A stretch of DNA of 64,000 bases. It comes from a bacterium. Its GTDB lineage: Bacteria > Armatimonadota > Zipacnadia > Zipacnadales > Zipacnadaceae. Of the stretch, positions 28,250 to 37,347 are shown piece by piece. Positions within the stretch are counted from its first letter, which is position 1, and each line of letters starts with the position of its first letter. Under the pieces are notes generated by a model that worked only from the letters and a program-made list of their open reading frames with translations, did no database searches and was not told where the DNA came from. The position numbers and the translations under genes were made by a program. The stretch spans positions 3,037-67,036 of the forward strand of contig JAUWYY010000011.1 of NCBI GenBank assembly GCA_030615605.1, read 5' to 3'.

Positions 28250-31200
28250 TTGCCGTTTACAAGTTGGCCTCGGCTGATGCCAATGTTAGCAACTATTGCC
28301 GACCATATTATGTCGCGACGACACAGGCTGGGCCGCCATGTGCTGTTCATCGGTAGTGCCGTTCGCACACCCCCCGCAGACCGCGAAGTCTACCTGCTTC
28401 TCGAAGACCTGGCTCGCGAGCAGACAGGTATGTCCTTCCAGCATCTGCCTGTCGAGCGGCGGGGGCCGGCGGCAGTGGCCGAATTTGCCCGCCAGGTGCC
28501 CGACCAGGCGCAGCGCTGTGGGCTGCTACGGGAGAGACTGAGTGATGTCCGTCCGACCGAGGGCCACTCGCAACTGGCCCGGCTGATTCAGGACGGCTAC
28601 TTTCCGACCATATTTACCATGGAGCCCCACGATCTGCTGGAACGAGCCCTCAGCGACCGCCACCTGGAGCCGGAAACCGACTATCATCTGCTGGTTGCTG
28701 GCGTTGATGATGCAGAGACGATATCAGTGGCCCTGGAGGACTCCTCGCGGGTGGTAGTGGTGAAATGCGGCGGTGACCTGGCCAATAAACGCCTGCCTCT
28801 AACTCCTGAGGAAATCCGCCAGGGACTGGAGCCGATAGGCGAGGTTATTGGTGCGGCTTTCGGAGTGATCTGCATATGTACCGCCTACGACGAGCGTGAT
28901 GAGCCGTTCCTGGACTTCGTGCCCGACGAAGGAGGTAAAGTCTTCTGGGTTAATCGGCAGGTACCTACTGCCGATGAACAGATGTATACCCAGCTTAAAC
29001 TGGAGAGTCCCGCCAGTATGGAGTTTCACAGCTTACAGCCCAAGGTAGTCCGGTGGTTGAGCCATCGCCAGTCACAGCGTCATCTGCTGGTGCGCGAGTC
29101 CGGCTCATTCAATGACTTCTTTGCCCGGCTGCGCGACCGCTTCCAGTATCGCAAACACACCAGCCGGGGCCTGCGACGAGATCTTACTGTGCTACGGGGT
29201 GGACCCTACCGCTTTCTGGATTACTTCGACACCGAGGATTCTGACTTCTTCTTCGGGCGAGACCAAGAGATTTCCCAGCTTATGGACCTCATCGAGCAAC
29301 ATCGTCTGACCGTACTATTTGGGCGATCAGGCATTGGCAAGACTTCACTTATCAAGGCCGGAGTAATGGCAAGACTGCTGGGTCGCCACGAGGAGCACCT
29401 GGATGATGCCGGGGTTTGGTTGCCGATCTACGCACGCTGTCAGGACGAGCCCATAGCCAATATCCGCGAAGCTGCTCTGCAGAGGGCGGAAGAAGAGGGC
29501 TACGATATAGACGACTCCGTCGACTCGGATGAGTTGGCTGATCTGCTGTCCGCGATTGCCACTGCTTCCTCTCAGCGCATTGTAGTATTTCTGGATCAGG
29601 CTGAGGAGCTTTTCGTCAAACTGGGCGGCGCCGTCCGCGATAGTGCTATTCAGCAGCTCAAGCAGTGTCTGGCCGCCGCAGATGAGCGCGTCCGGCTGGT
29701 TTTAAGCATCCGCGAAGACTACCTGGGCGAGCTGTATGAGCTAGAAGATGAGCTCCCGGGTATAATGGCGAACCTGTATCGGCTGCACAAGCTGGACAAG
29801 CAGCAAGCCGAACAGGCTATTGTCCAGCCCGCAGAGAACTTCGGCCTGCACGTGGAGCGAAAACTGGTAGACCAATTGGTAGAAGATCTGGCCCGCGAGG
29901 GGATCGAACCCGTCGAGCTTCAGGTCGTCTGCGATCGGTTGTATCAACAGAAATCGGCCGGCTCGGACACCATCACTCAACGCGATTACGAGAAGCTGGG
30001 CGGCGCTCCTAAGATATTCAGTGAATACTTGGACTATGCCCTGAGTCAATTGCCCATACTTGAGCGGCGGGTAGCCCGGGGCATTCTCAAACAGATGGCA
30101 GTCTCTTCTGAACTGAAGGCAGCGCGCTCGCTGGAGCGAATTGCTCAAGAGGTAGGGCAAAACACCCGCTTGGTCGAGCGAGTGATGGCCAAGCTAGTGG
30201 ATTTCCGGCTGTTGCGGGGACTGGGCAAGGACAATAAACGCAACTACGAGCTAATCCACGAGCAGCTTATCCAGCAGGTTGATGAATGGATGTCGGAGGA
30301 GGAACTGAAGCTGCCCGACGTCCAGGATCTGCTCACTCGCGAGCTTAACAACTTCCACAAGTTCGACCTGCTGATGGGCAGTGAAGAGCTACATATCATT
30401 AACGACCATCGCGAGGATCTAAGCATCTCCCCCGAAGAGATGGAGTTGATCCTGCGCAGCGTGGTCCATCACGATTTCGAGGTAGAGTATTGGTTTTCTC
30501 GCGCCAATGGGCTGGAAGCAGCCAAATGCTCCACACTCAGTTCGCTGCTGACCGACGAGAACCGCGAGGTCCGGCTGGTGGCTTACCGGCACATTGAGGA
30601 TCACCTCGACGAAAGTCTCATACCCGCCCTGACAGCAGGGCTTGACTACGATCAACTGGAGGTGCGCAATCTGGCTGCCCAGTATCTGCGTGGGATGAAG
30701 CGTGAGCTGAGCAACTGGCTGCGCGAGGGGGATGAGCGTCAGCAGATGGCAGCTGCCCGGGGGCTGGGCCATGTTGCAGCCGACGATCAGCGCCCGACAC
30801 CGGCACTTGTTGAAACTCTCAGCGACGAGCACCCCGAACTGACTGCGGAGGTTATCCACTACCTGAGAAAGATAGACAGCCCCCGCAACACATCAGCTCT
30901 CATCAACCGTATCGCTTCCGAGCCAGATGGGCCCTGGGCAGTTGCCGATGCGCTTGGTCGGCTCTGTTCGGCGCAAGTCGGGCTTGACCGGCTGCAGCGT
31001 GCTGCCCACAGCAACCCGAAAAGCGCCCGCCTGCAGTACGCCATAGCAGTGGCCCATATCCAGCGCCGCGAATTCTATGAGGCCCGGATGCGTCTGGAGC
31101 GCGCCGAGCAACTCGCCTCTGGTTCTGCTGCTGCCAGCTACCTGGCTACTACCCGCGAGGCTATACAGACGGCTCAGCAGCAGAGCGCCACTTCGGCGGA

Positions 31201-32227
31201 CGAATGGGCTATGTTCGCTGGCGGCTCGACACATCACGGCTTTAGCGGGCGGGCCATCACTCCGCCTCTGCGCGAGGTTTGGTCTACTCGCGCCCAGGCC
31301 GCGGTGGTAGCGTCGCCGGTTACTACTGCCGGCCGCGTCTACATTGGTGCTCGCGACGGCACCTTCTTCGCACTGGATGGCGCTGAAGGCCATATTCTGT
31401 GGACCTTCGCTGCCGGTAATCGCATAGAAGGAGCCGCTGCGCTCGCCGACGATATGGTCATATTTGGCGCCGGGGACGGGAGATTATATGCCTTGAACCA
31501 GGCCACCGGCCAATCACAGTGGGAACGACCCCTGAACGGCCCGGTAAGGGGAGCCTGCACGGTAGAGGGCGATCAGCTTTTCGTCGGGGATGAGAGCGGC
31601 ACGTTGTGGGCGGTAGACTGGGCTACAGGAACCACTAACTGGCAGATGGCAACTGATCAGGAGATAATCTCTGCTCCGGCCGTCTGTGAAGAGACGGTAG
31701 TAGTAGGCTCGTGGGATACTGGGTTGTATGCGGCAAGCGCCACCGATGGCCAACTGCGCTGGAGATTAGATACCGACGGACCCATCTCCTGTTCGCCCAC
31801 CATAAACGAGTCAACAGTGTTTTGCGGGTCTGACGACTTTTCGATGTATGCTGTAGACTTGGCCTCCGGTCAGATCCAGTGGCAAGTCAATGTTGGTGGC
31901 ATGGTTAGGTCAACCCCAGCCATCGCCGATGACCGTCTGGTCTTTGGTAGCACCGACGGCAGCGTGTACTGCCTGGACACAAATTCCGGAGAGCAGCTAT
32001 GGCAGCACGCAACCGACGAAGAGATCCTGGCTTCTGCCACTATCACCGGCGAGGTCGTCTACATCGGCTCCAAGGACGGTATTCTGTATGCCCTGGACCT
32101 GGCCACTGGCCAGGTAAAGTGGGAACACCACACCGTTTACGGAATCTACTCCACCCCGTGTGTCGCTGCAGGCACTCTGTACATCGGTATTGCTTACTAT
32201 TATGTGTCGGCCTTCGCCCCCCAATAG
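28250..32227 (+). CDS. Multidomain STAND NTPase: degenerate SIR2-like domain, P-loop STAND module, HEAT/TPR repeats, PQQ-type beta-propeller
   Basis: 1,325-aa ORF. The SIR2_2-like motifs are VLFIGSAV, HSQLARL..FTMEPHDLLERAL, VVVVKCGGD and CICTAYDERDEPFLDF. The STAND module has PYRFLDYFDTEDSDFFFGRDQE, Walker A GRSGIGKTS (29321-29347) and Walker B VVFLDQAEELF (29582-29614). HEAT-like repeats include ENREVRLVAYRHI and EVRNLAAQYL. Seven to eight blades are of the type DGxLYALDxxTGxxxW (31204-32224). The start codon is uncertain: TTG 28250, ATG 28277, ATG 28283 or ATG 28310. Confidence 0.85.
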   Translation: MPFTSWPRLMPMLATIADHIMSRRHRLGRHVLFIGSAVRTPPADREVYLLLEDLAREQTGMSFQHLPVERRGPAAVAEFARQVPDQAQRCGLLRERLSDVRPTEGHSQLARLIQDGYFPTIFTMEPHDLLERALSDRHLEPETDYHLLVAGVDDAETISVALEDSSRVVVVKCGGDLANKRLPLTPEEIRQGLEPIGEVIGAAFGVICICTAYDERDEPFLDFVPDEGGKVFWVNRQVPTADEQMYTQLKLESPASMEFHSLQPKVVRWLSHRQSQRHLLVRESGSFNDFFARLRDRFQYRKHTSRGLRRDLTVLRGGPYRFLDYFDTEDSDFFFGRDQEISQLMDLIEQHRLTVLFGRSGIGKTSLIKAGVMARLLGRHEEHLDDAGVWLPIYARCQDEPIANIREAALQRAEEEGYDIDDSVDSDELADLLSAIATASSQRIVVFLDQAEELFVKLGGAVRDSAIQQLKQCLAAADERVRLVLSIREDYLGELYELEDELPGIMANLYRLHKLDKQQAEQAIVQPAENFGLHVERKLVDQLVEDLAREGIEPVELQVVCDRLYQQKSAGSDTITQRDYEKLGGAPKIFSEYLDYALSQLPILERRVARGILKQMAVSSELKAARSLERIAQEVGQNTRLVERVMAKLVDFRLLRGLGKDNKRNYELIHEQLIQQVDEWMSEEELKLPDVQDLLTRELNNFHKFDLLMGSEELHIINDHREDLSISPEEMELILRSVVHHDFEVEYWFSRANGLEAAKCSTLSSLLTDENREVRLVAYRHIEDHLDESLIPALTAGLDYDQLEVRNLAAQYLRGMKRELSNWLREGDERQQMAAARGLGHVAADDQRPTPALVETLSDEHPELTAEVIHYLRKIDSPRNTSALINRIASEPDGPWAVADALGRLCSAQVGLDRLQRAAHSNPKSARLQYAIAVAHIQRREFYEARMRLERAEQLASGSAAASYLATTREAIQTAQQQSATSADEWAMFAGGSTHHGFSGRAITPPLREVWSTRAQAAVVASPVTTAGRVYIGARDGTFFALDGAEGHILWTFAAGNRIEGAAALADDMVIFGAGDGRLYALNQATGQSQWERPLNGPVRGACTVEGDQLFVGDESGTLWAVDWATGTTNWQMATDQEIISAPAVCEETVVVGSWDTGLYAASATDGQLRWRLDTDGPISCSPTINESTVFCGSDDFSMYAVDLASGQIQWQVNVGGMVRSTPAIADDRLVFGSTDGSVYCLDTNSGEQLWQHATDEEILASATITGEVVYIGSKDGILYALDLATGQVKWEHHTVYGIYSTPCVAAGTLYIGIAYYYVSAFAPQ

Positions 32228-32228
32228 C

Positions 32229-33104
32229 GTGCCTGGTAGCCGTCGCTTAGGAGCAGTCGGTGCATCGTCGGGTCTCCGTGCCTGCCTGGCTGCTGTCATC
32301 GTGGCTGCAACAGTGCTTAGTGGCTGCCGGTGGGCCGGGCCAGTTGACCAGATGCGAAAGGATTTCGTGGCGCTGCGATACATTAAGACGGCGGCAGAGG
32401 CCGTTAGCGAGCCGGTTGACGCAGAAGCAGCCGTCCACAATGCCACCCGCGCAGTCAAGCTGGCTCCCGACAATGCCACTGTGCTCGACCGTGCCGGTCG
32501 GATTTATGTCTACACCGGGCAATACCAGCAGGCCCTGGCAACATTGGAAAAGGCACGCCGCCACACCGACAGGCAATATCTCTATGAGATAGGAAGCTGC
32601 TTGCTGCACACCGGGCAGAAAGAAAAGGGAATTGCCTACCTGACAAGGCATTTAGCAAACGTGAAGTTCGACTACCATGCGGAGAATATCAGTGGGGGCG
32701 GTTATGCCCTGCATCTGAACAACGTCGGGTATGTCTATGCCGAGGCTGATCTGCAACTACCCCACGCCCTGGCACTGACCAGGCAGGCAGTGAGCTTCGA
32801 TCCGCTGAATCCGGTTCTTGTTGACAGTCTGGGGTGGGTTTATTACAAGCTGAATGACCTAACAAATGCCAGCTTCTACCTGGAGCAAGCTGTCAGGCAA
32901 TCGCTGCACCAGCCCAACGCGGAACTTAACTACCACCTGGCCATGGTCTACATCCGCCTGGGGCGACGTGCCGAGGCCGCCCGCGAACTGAAGCGAGCAC
33001 TGCAGATTCGGCCGGGCTACCCGGCGCCCCAGCGTGAGCTTCGCAGACTGCACTGGGAGTTGGCCCCGCCGTGGTATGCCCAAACCATGGCTCAGGCCTC
33101 GTGA
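32229..33104 (+). CDS. TPR-repeat lipoprotein
   Basis: The GTG at 32229 lies 1 nt after the upstream TAG. It gives VPGSRRLGAVGASSGLRACLAAVIVAATVLSGC, which has the lipobox LSGC. TPR units follow (e.g. AELNYHLAMVYIRLGRRAEAARELKRALQIRPG). Confidence 0.65.
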   Translation: MPGSRRLGAVGASSGLRACLAAVIVAATVLSGCRWAGPVDQMRKDFVALRYIKTAAEAVSEPVDAEAAVHNATRAVKLAPDNATVLDRAGRIYVYTGQYQQALATLEKARRHTDRQYLYEIGSCLLHTGQKEKGIAYLTRHLANVKFDYHAENISGGGYALHLNNVGYVYAEADLQLPHALALTRQAVSFDPLNPVLVDSLGWVYYKLNDLTNASFYLEQAVRQSLHQPNAELNYHLAMVYIRLGRRAEAARELKRALQIRPGYPAPQRELRRLHWELAPPWYAQTMAQAS

Positions 33105-33135
33105 AGGTAGCCCTTCGAGCAAAGGAGCGTTAACT

Positions 33136-34323
33136 GTGAAGATCTCTCAGCGAGCTGACAATATCCAGCCTTCCGCGACGGTAGGTATGGCCACTCGTGC
33201 CAAGCAAATGAGCCGGCGAGGACTCGATGTGATATCGCTCGCCGTCGGCGAACCCGACTTTGTTACGCCGGAGCATATCTGCCAGGCAGCTCACCAGGCG
33301 ATAGAGGCGGGGCATACTAAGTATACGGCTGCTTCCGGCATTCCTGAGCTTAAGGAAGCCGTCGTCGCGCGCCTGCGAGCCGAGGTAGGCCTGAGCTACG
33401 ATGCCGACCAGGTCTGTATCAGTAACGGAGGCAAGCATGCGCTCACCAACATCTGGCAGACACTGCTCGATGAGGGCGACGAGGTAATTGTGTTTGCTCC
33501 CTACTGGGTCAGCTATCCAGCGCAGATCCAACTGTGTGGAGGACGAGCGGTGACCGTAATGACGGACGCCAGCCGCGGCTTCCAGCCCGATCCCGCCGAG
33601 GTACGCCGTGCAGTGACTCCCCGAACCGTTGCCATCCTGGTCAACAGCCCTGCTAACCCCACCGGAGCTGTCTTCGGTCAGGAAACGTTGCAGGAAATCG
33701 CTGCCATCGCCGCCGAGAACGACTTGACCATCATTTCTGACGAGATATATAGAAATCTCATCTTCGACGGCCGCCAGCACCTCAGCATTGCTATGCTCGA
33801 CGAGGAGACCAAAGCGCGAACCATCTTGGTTGACGGGGTATCAAAGAGCTATGCGATGACTGGCTGGCGCATCGGCTGGCTAATCGGCCCCAAGGAGTTT
33901 GTCGGCAAGGCCGGAAGCATCCAGAGCCAGGAAACACATAATCCTTGTTCTGTTGCTCAATATGCCGCTTTGGCTGCTCTGACTGGCCCTCAGGACTGTG
34001 TAGCCACGATGCGCGACCAATATGAGCAGCGTCGCGACTTCTTTGTGGAGGCCCTGGGTGAGCTTGAAGGTATCGAGTGCAACACTCCCCCGGCTGCGTT
34101 CTACCTCTTCCCGGACATCTCAGCTCACCTGGGGCGAAACTTGGCAGGCCAGCAGATAGACACCTCCCTGCAACTGGCCGAATATCTACTGGAGGAAGGC
34201 TTGATCAGCACAGTGCCTGGCTCAGCGTTCGGCGCGGAAGGCTTTTTGCGCCTCAGCTTTGCCTGTTCAGTTGAGGATATTAAGCGGGGGCTACAGCGAC
34301 TCAAGACAGCTCTGGAAATCTAA
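33136..34323 (+). CDS. aspC: Aspartate/aromatic aminotransferase (class I PLP enzyme)
   Basis: It has LAVGEPDF, NSPANPTG and the PLP-lysine motif SKSYAMTGWRIGW. The GTG at 33136 is preceded by AAAGGAG. Confidence 0.9.
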   Translation: MKISQRADNIQPSATVGMATRAKQMSRRGLDVISLAVGEPDFVTPEHICQAAHQAIEAGHTKYTAASGIPELKEAVVARLRAEVGLSYDADQVCISNGGKHALTNIWQTLLDEGDEVIVFAPYWVSYPAQIQLCGGRAVTVMTDASRGFQPDPAEVRRAVTPRTVAILVNSPANPTGAVFGQETLQEIAAIAAENDLTIISDEIYRNLIFDGRQHLSIAMLDEETKARTILVDGVSKSYAMTGWRIGWLIGPKEFVGKAGSIQSQETHNPCSVAQYAALAALTGPQDCVATMRDQYEQRRDFFVEALGELEGIECNTPPAAFYLFPDISAHLGRNLAGQQIDTSLQLAEYLLEEGLISTVPGSAFGAEGFLRLSFACSVEDIKRGLQRLKTALEI

Positions 34324-34383
34324 CTCCGGGGTCTAACCAACTAGGTTGGGAACGGCGGCTACCGTTTAGTCCAGCGTGGGGAG

Positions 34384-35094
34384 CTACAGGCCGTAGGTTA
34401 CCGGGTAGTAGTACCCAAAGTGGGCCAGCAGCGTGGTTTTGACGGCAAACAGAATCATCAACAGCACAACTCCCGCCGTCTGCTCGCCGATGCCATTGTA
34501 CCAGGCCAACGCCCAGGAGAACCGCTCGTTTGCGTTGCTGGGGTGGGAGCAGGTGAGCTGAGGTAGCAAGCACGAAGTGCTCTGGCGATACTGGGCATAA
34601 TCCTCGTCAAACAGATAGCATAGCAGGGCCTCTTCGCGGCGGATGGCGAAAACATAGACGGCAATGGTCAATAGCAGACCAGCAGCAGTCATATAGACAT
34701 TATTTCCCGCCACCAGGATTCCCGCCAGGATTATGAGATTTGCCAGATACATAGGATGCCGGCACAATCCGTAGGGGCCGGTGGTACACAGCTTGGTATT
34801 CTTCGCCAGATGGCCGGCGGCCCACGTCCGCAGTGCCAAGCCCACAGCCACCAGGGGCAGTCCCAACAGGATCGCCATCAGACTTGGCGTGGCCCAAGCC
34901 ACCGCCAGCAGGAAAGCTAACAGATGCAGCTTGCCCCGATGACGACGCAGGAACCGGTCGACCCGGTTCTCGAACCCGTCAACCAGCCTATCAACTTGGG
35001 CATTATTATCCCGGATGGTCTTGGGATCGGGCATAGTTTCTGGTGTAGTTACGGTCGGCGACATAAGCCAGTGACCACTCACAGTTGTCAGCAC
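34384..35094 (-). CDS. Isoprenylcysteine carboxyl / phospholipid methyltransferase-family membrane protein
   Basis: The protein is polytopic and carries TTGPYGLCRHPMYLANLIILAG (ICMT/PEMT signature). The start codon is uncertain because there are several in-frame Met codons. Confidence 0.7.
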   Translation of the reverse strand: MLTTVSGHWLMSPTVTTPETMPDPKTIRDNNAQVDRLVDGFENRVDRFLRRHRGKLHLLAFLLAVAWATPSLMAILLGLPLVAVGLALRTWAAGHLAKNTKLCTTGPYGLCRHPMYLANLIILAGILVAGNNVYMTAAGLLLTIAVYVFAIRREEALLCYLFDEDYAQYRQSTSCLLPQLTCSHPSNANERFSWALAWYNGIGEQTAGVVLLMILFAVKTTLLAHFGYYYPVTYGL

Positions 35095-35336
35095 GCTCGC
35101 CCAAGGCTAAGGTGTCAGGTACAATAACCCTTCACATATAGGCTACTAGGTTTGTGCTGATATGTCAAGACGAACCGCGTTCTGCGGAGTGTACACCTTC
35201 TCAGCAGATGCCCAGCTTGGCAGGTGAATATGAGCCCTACGAAGAAAATGTCTGGGACGCAGGCGCAATTCCAATCCAGTCTGCACAGCCATTTACGATA
35301 AACCTGCCCTTAGCTTGAAGACTTGAGGAGGCAGCG

Positions 35337-36425
35337 ATGCACACTGTAACACTTATCCCCGGGGACGGTACCGGGCCGGAAGTCATTGAAGCGATGCGCC
35401 GCTGTGTGGAGGCTGCCGGCGTGGACATCCAGTGGGAGCTGCAGCAGGCTGGCGCCGATACTATGGAAGAGTGTGGGACGCCGCTGCCCGAGTCGGTGCT
35501 GGACTCGATTCGCAAAAACCGCGTGGCTATCAAAGGCCCTATTACCACGCCGGTGGGCACCGGCTTCCGCAGTGTAAATGTAGCTCTGCGCAAGCAGCTT
35601 GATCTGTACGCCTGCCTGCGCCCCAGCAAATACTATGAGGGCGTGAAATCCCGCTATCCTGGTGTTGACCTGGTAATCGTGCGGGAGAATACCGAGGATC
35701 TCTACGCCGGTATTGAGTTCGCCGCCGGCACCGACGAGAATGCGAGGATAATAGAGGAGATACAACAACTGACCGGCCAGCAGATCCGTCCGGATTCCGG
35801 CATCAGTATAAAGCCGATATCCCGGCAGGCCTCTGCCCGGATTGTGCGCTTTGCCTTTGAATATGCTCTGGCCCACGGCCGCCACAAAGTTACCGCAGTG
35901 CATAAGGCCAATATTATGAAGTACAGTGACGGGCTGTTTCTGGATACCGCCCGCGGCGTTGCCCAGGAGTATGCGGACAGCGGCATCGAATTTGAAGACC
36001 GCATCGTGGATAATATGGCTATGCAGCTCGTCCAGAAGCCCGAGCTTTACGACGTCCTGGTTCTGCCCAATCTATACGGGGATATCATAAGTGATCTGGC
36101 CAGCGGGCTGGTCGGCGGGCTGGGAGTCGCGCCGGGCGCTAATATTGGTGACGACATCGCCGTCTTCGAACCAACTCACGGCAGCGCCCCCAAATACAAG
36201 GGCCTGAACAAGGTAAATCCGACCGGGACCATACTCTCAGCCGTGCTTATGTTGCGTCACTTGCATGAAGAGAAGGCCGCTGATCGCCTGGAGTCGGCGG
36301 TGGCTGCTGTTATCAAGCGAGGCGAGAAAGTCACCTACGATCTCAAGCCGACCCGCGACGATCCTACCGCAGTCGGCACCAGCCAGATGGCTGATGCTAT
36401 CATCGCTGAGCTGGCTCGAGCGTAG
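35337..36425 (+). CDS. icd: Isocitrate dehydrogenase (isocitrate/isopropylmalate dehydrogenase superfamily)
   Basis: The segment [33 protein letters not shown]...[16 protein letters not shown] closely parallels the bacterial ICD signature. GAGGAGG lies upstream of the ATG. Confidence 0.85.
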   Translation: MHTVTLIPGDGTGPEVIEAMRRCVEAAGVDIQWELQQAGADTMEECGTPLPESVLDSIRKNRVAIKGPITTPVGTGFRSVNVALRKQLDLYACLRPSKYYEGVKSRYPGVDLVIVRENTEDLYAGIEFAAGTDENARIIEEIQQLTGQQIRPDSGISIKPISRQASARIVRFAFEYALAHGRHKVTAVHKANIMKYSDGLFLDTARGVAQEYADSGIEFEDRIVDNMAMQLVQKPELYDVLVLPNLYGDIISDLASGLVGGLGVAPGANIGDDIAVFEPTHGSAPKYKGLNKVNPTGTILSAVLMLRHLHEEKAADRLESAVAAVIKRGEKVTYDLKPTRDDPTAVGTSQMADAIIAELARA

Positions 36426-36485
36426 CGAGCGTATTGCGCAGGCAGCCCTGACTGTCAGCACTTGGCAACTCTTGACGAAGCTGGC

Positions 36486-37268
36486 CTACCGGCGTACGGC
36501 CCGAATCAGCAGCGCCGGAATGACCGTGATGGCGGCGGCCAGTGCCACGGTCAGAATGCCGAAGTTAAGCAGTGCCTGCAGCCAGCCCAGGCCACTGTCC
36601 ATGTGCGTTATGAAGAATTGACAGATGGGGGTATCCGCCGGAAGACGCTGTAGCACAACAAATGCGGCAACAAGCCCCAGCCCCACACCGAGCAGAGCGG
36701 GGATGCTGCGCCGCACATCGATGCGGCTCGGGGCCAACTCCGAGCCGATACTGAAGGCCAGGTACAGAAAGAGGTAAGTCTGCCAGGCGTCGAAATTCAG
36801 AGCCTGTAAGTTCATCCAGATATTGTCAACTAGCAGATCGGCGAAGCCGGCGGGGGCAAGCGTCGCAAAGTGCAGGTCAATGGCGAGCATATTAGCTACA
36901 CCGCGCAAGGCCAGGGTGCCGACCAGCAGCGGGGCAATGGCCGCTACCCCCGTCGCCAGCCAGGGCAGAGCTATCGGCGACCAGGGCCGTCCCGGTTGGC
37001 AGGAGCCGCGCCCGCGCGGATCGAAAACACAGGGGATCATGCGCCGCACCGTATAGCCGAAAATCAGGTAGCCAGCAGCATGGCTCAGTTCATGAATGAG
37101 GTTTCCCGGCAGGCGCAGCAGTTGCACCAGCCGTCCGCCCCGGGCGTGGGGATTGCGACTGGCCACCGACTGCAGTACCCAGACAAAAATCAGCCGGGAC
37201 AGCATGTAGAGCAGAATTGCTTCAGCAACAACGATGGCGGTCTGCTTGGCGAATACAGTCGCATCCAT
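36486..37268 (-). CDS. Polytopic membrane protein with HExxH motif (putative zinc metalloprotease, DUF3267/M50-like)
   Basis: The motif is LIHELSHAAGYL. There are 5-6 TM segments. I prefer the ATG at 37266-37268 because the longer track ORF would run across the mdh start. Confidence 0.55.
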   Translation of the reverse strand: MDATVFAKQTAIVVAEAILLYMLSRLIFVWVLQSVASRNPHARGGRLVQLLRLPGNLIHELSHAAGYLIFGYTVRRMIPCVFDPRGRGSCQPGRPWSPIALPWLATGVAAIAPLLVGTLALRGVANMLAIDLHFATLAPAGFADLLVDNIWMNLQALNFDAWQTYLFLYLAFSIGSELAPSRIDVRRSIPALLGVGLGLVAAFVVLQRLPADTPICQFFITHMDSGLGWLQALLNFGILTVALAAAITVIPALLIRAVRR

Positions 37269-37347
37269 ATCAGCGCTATTATAACAGACTGCCGTCACTG
37301 ATACCATTCGAATGTAGATAGCTTCTATCTGATGGGAGGGCACTGCT

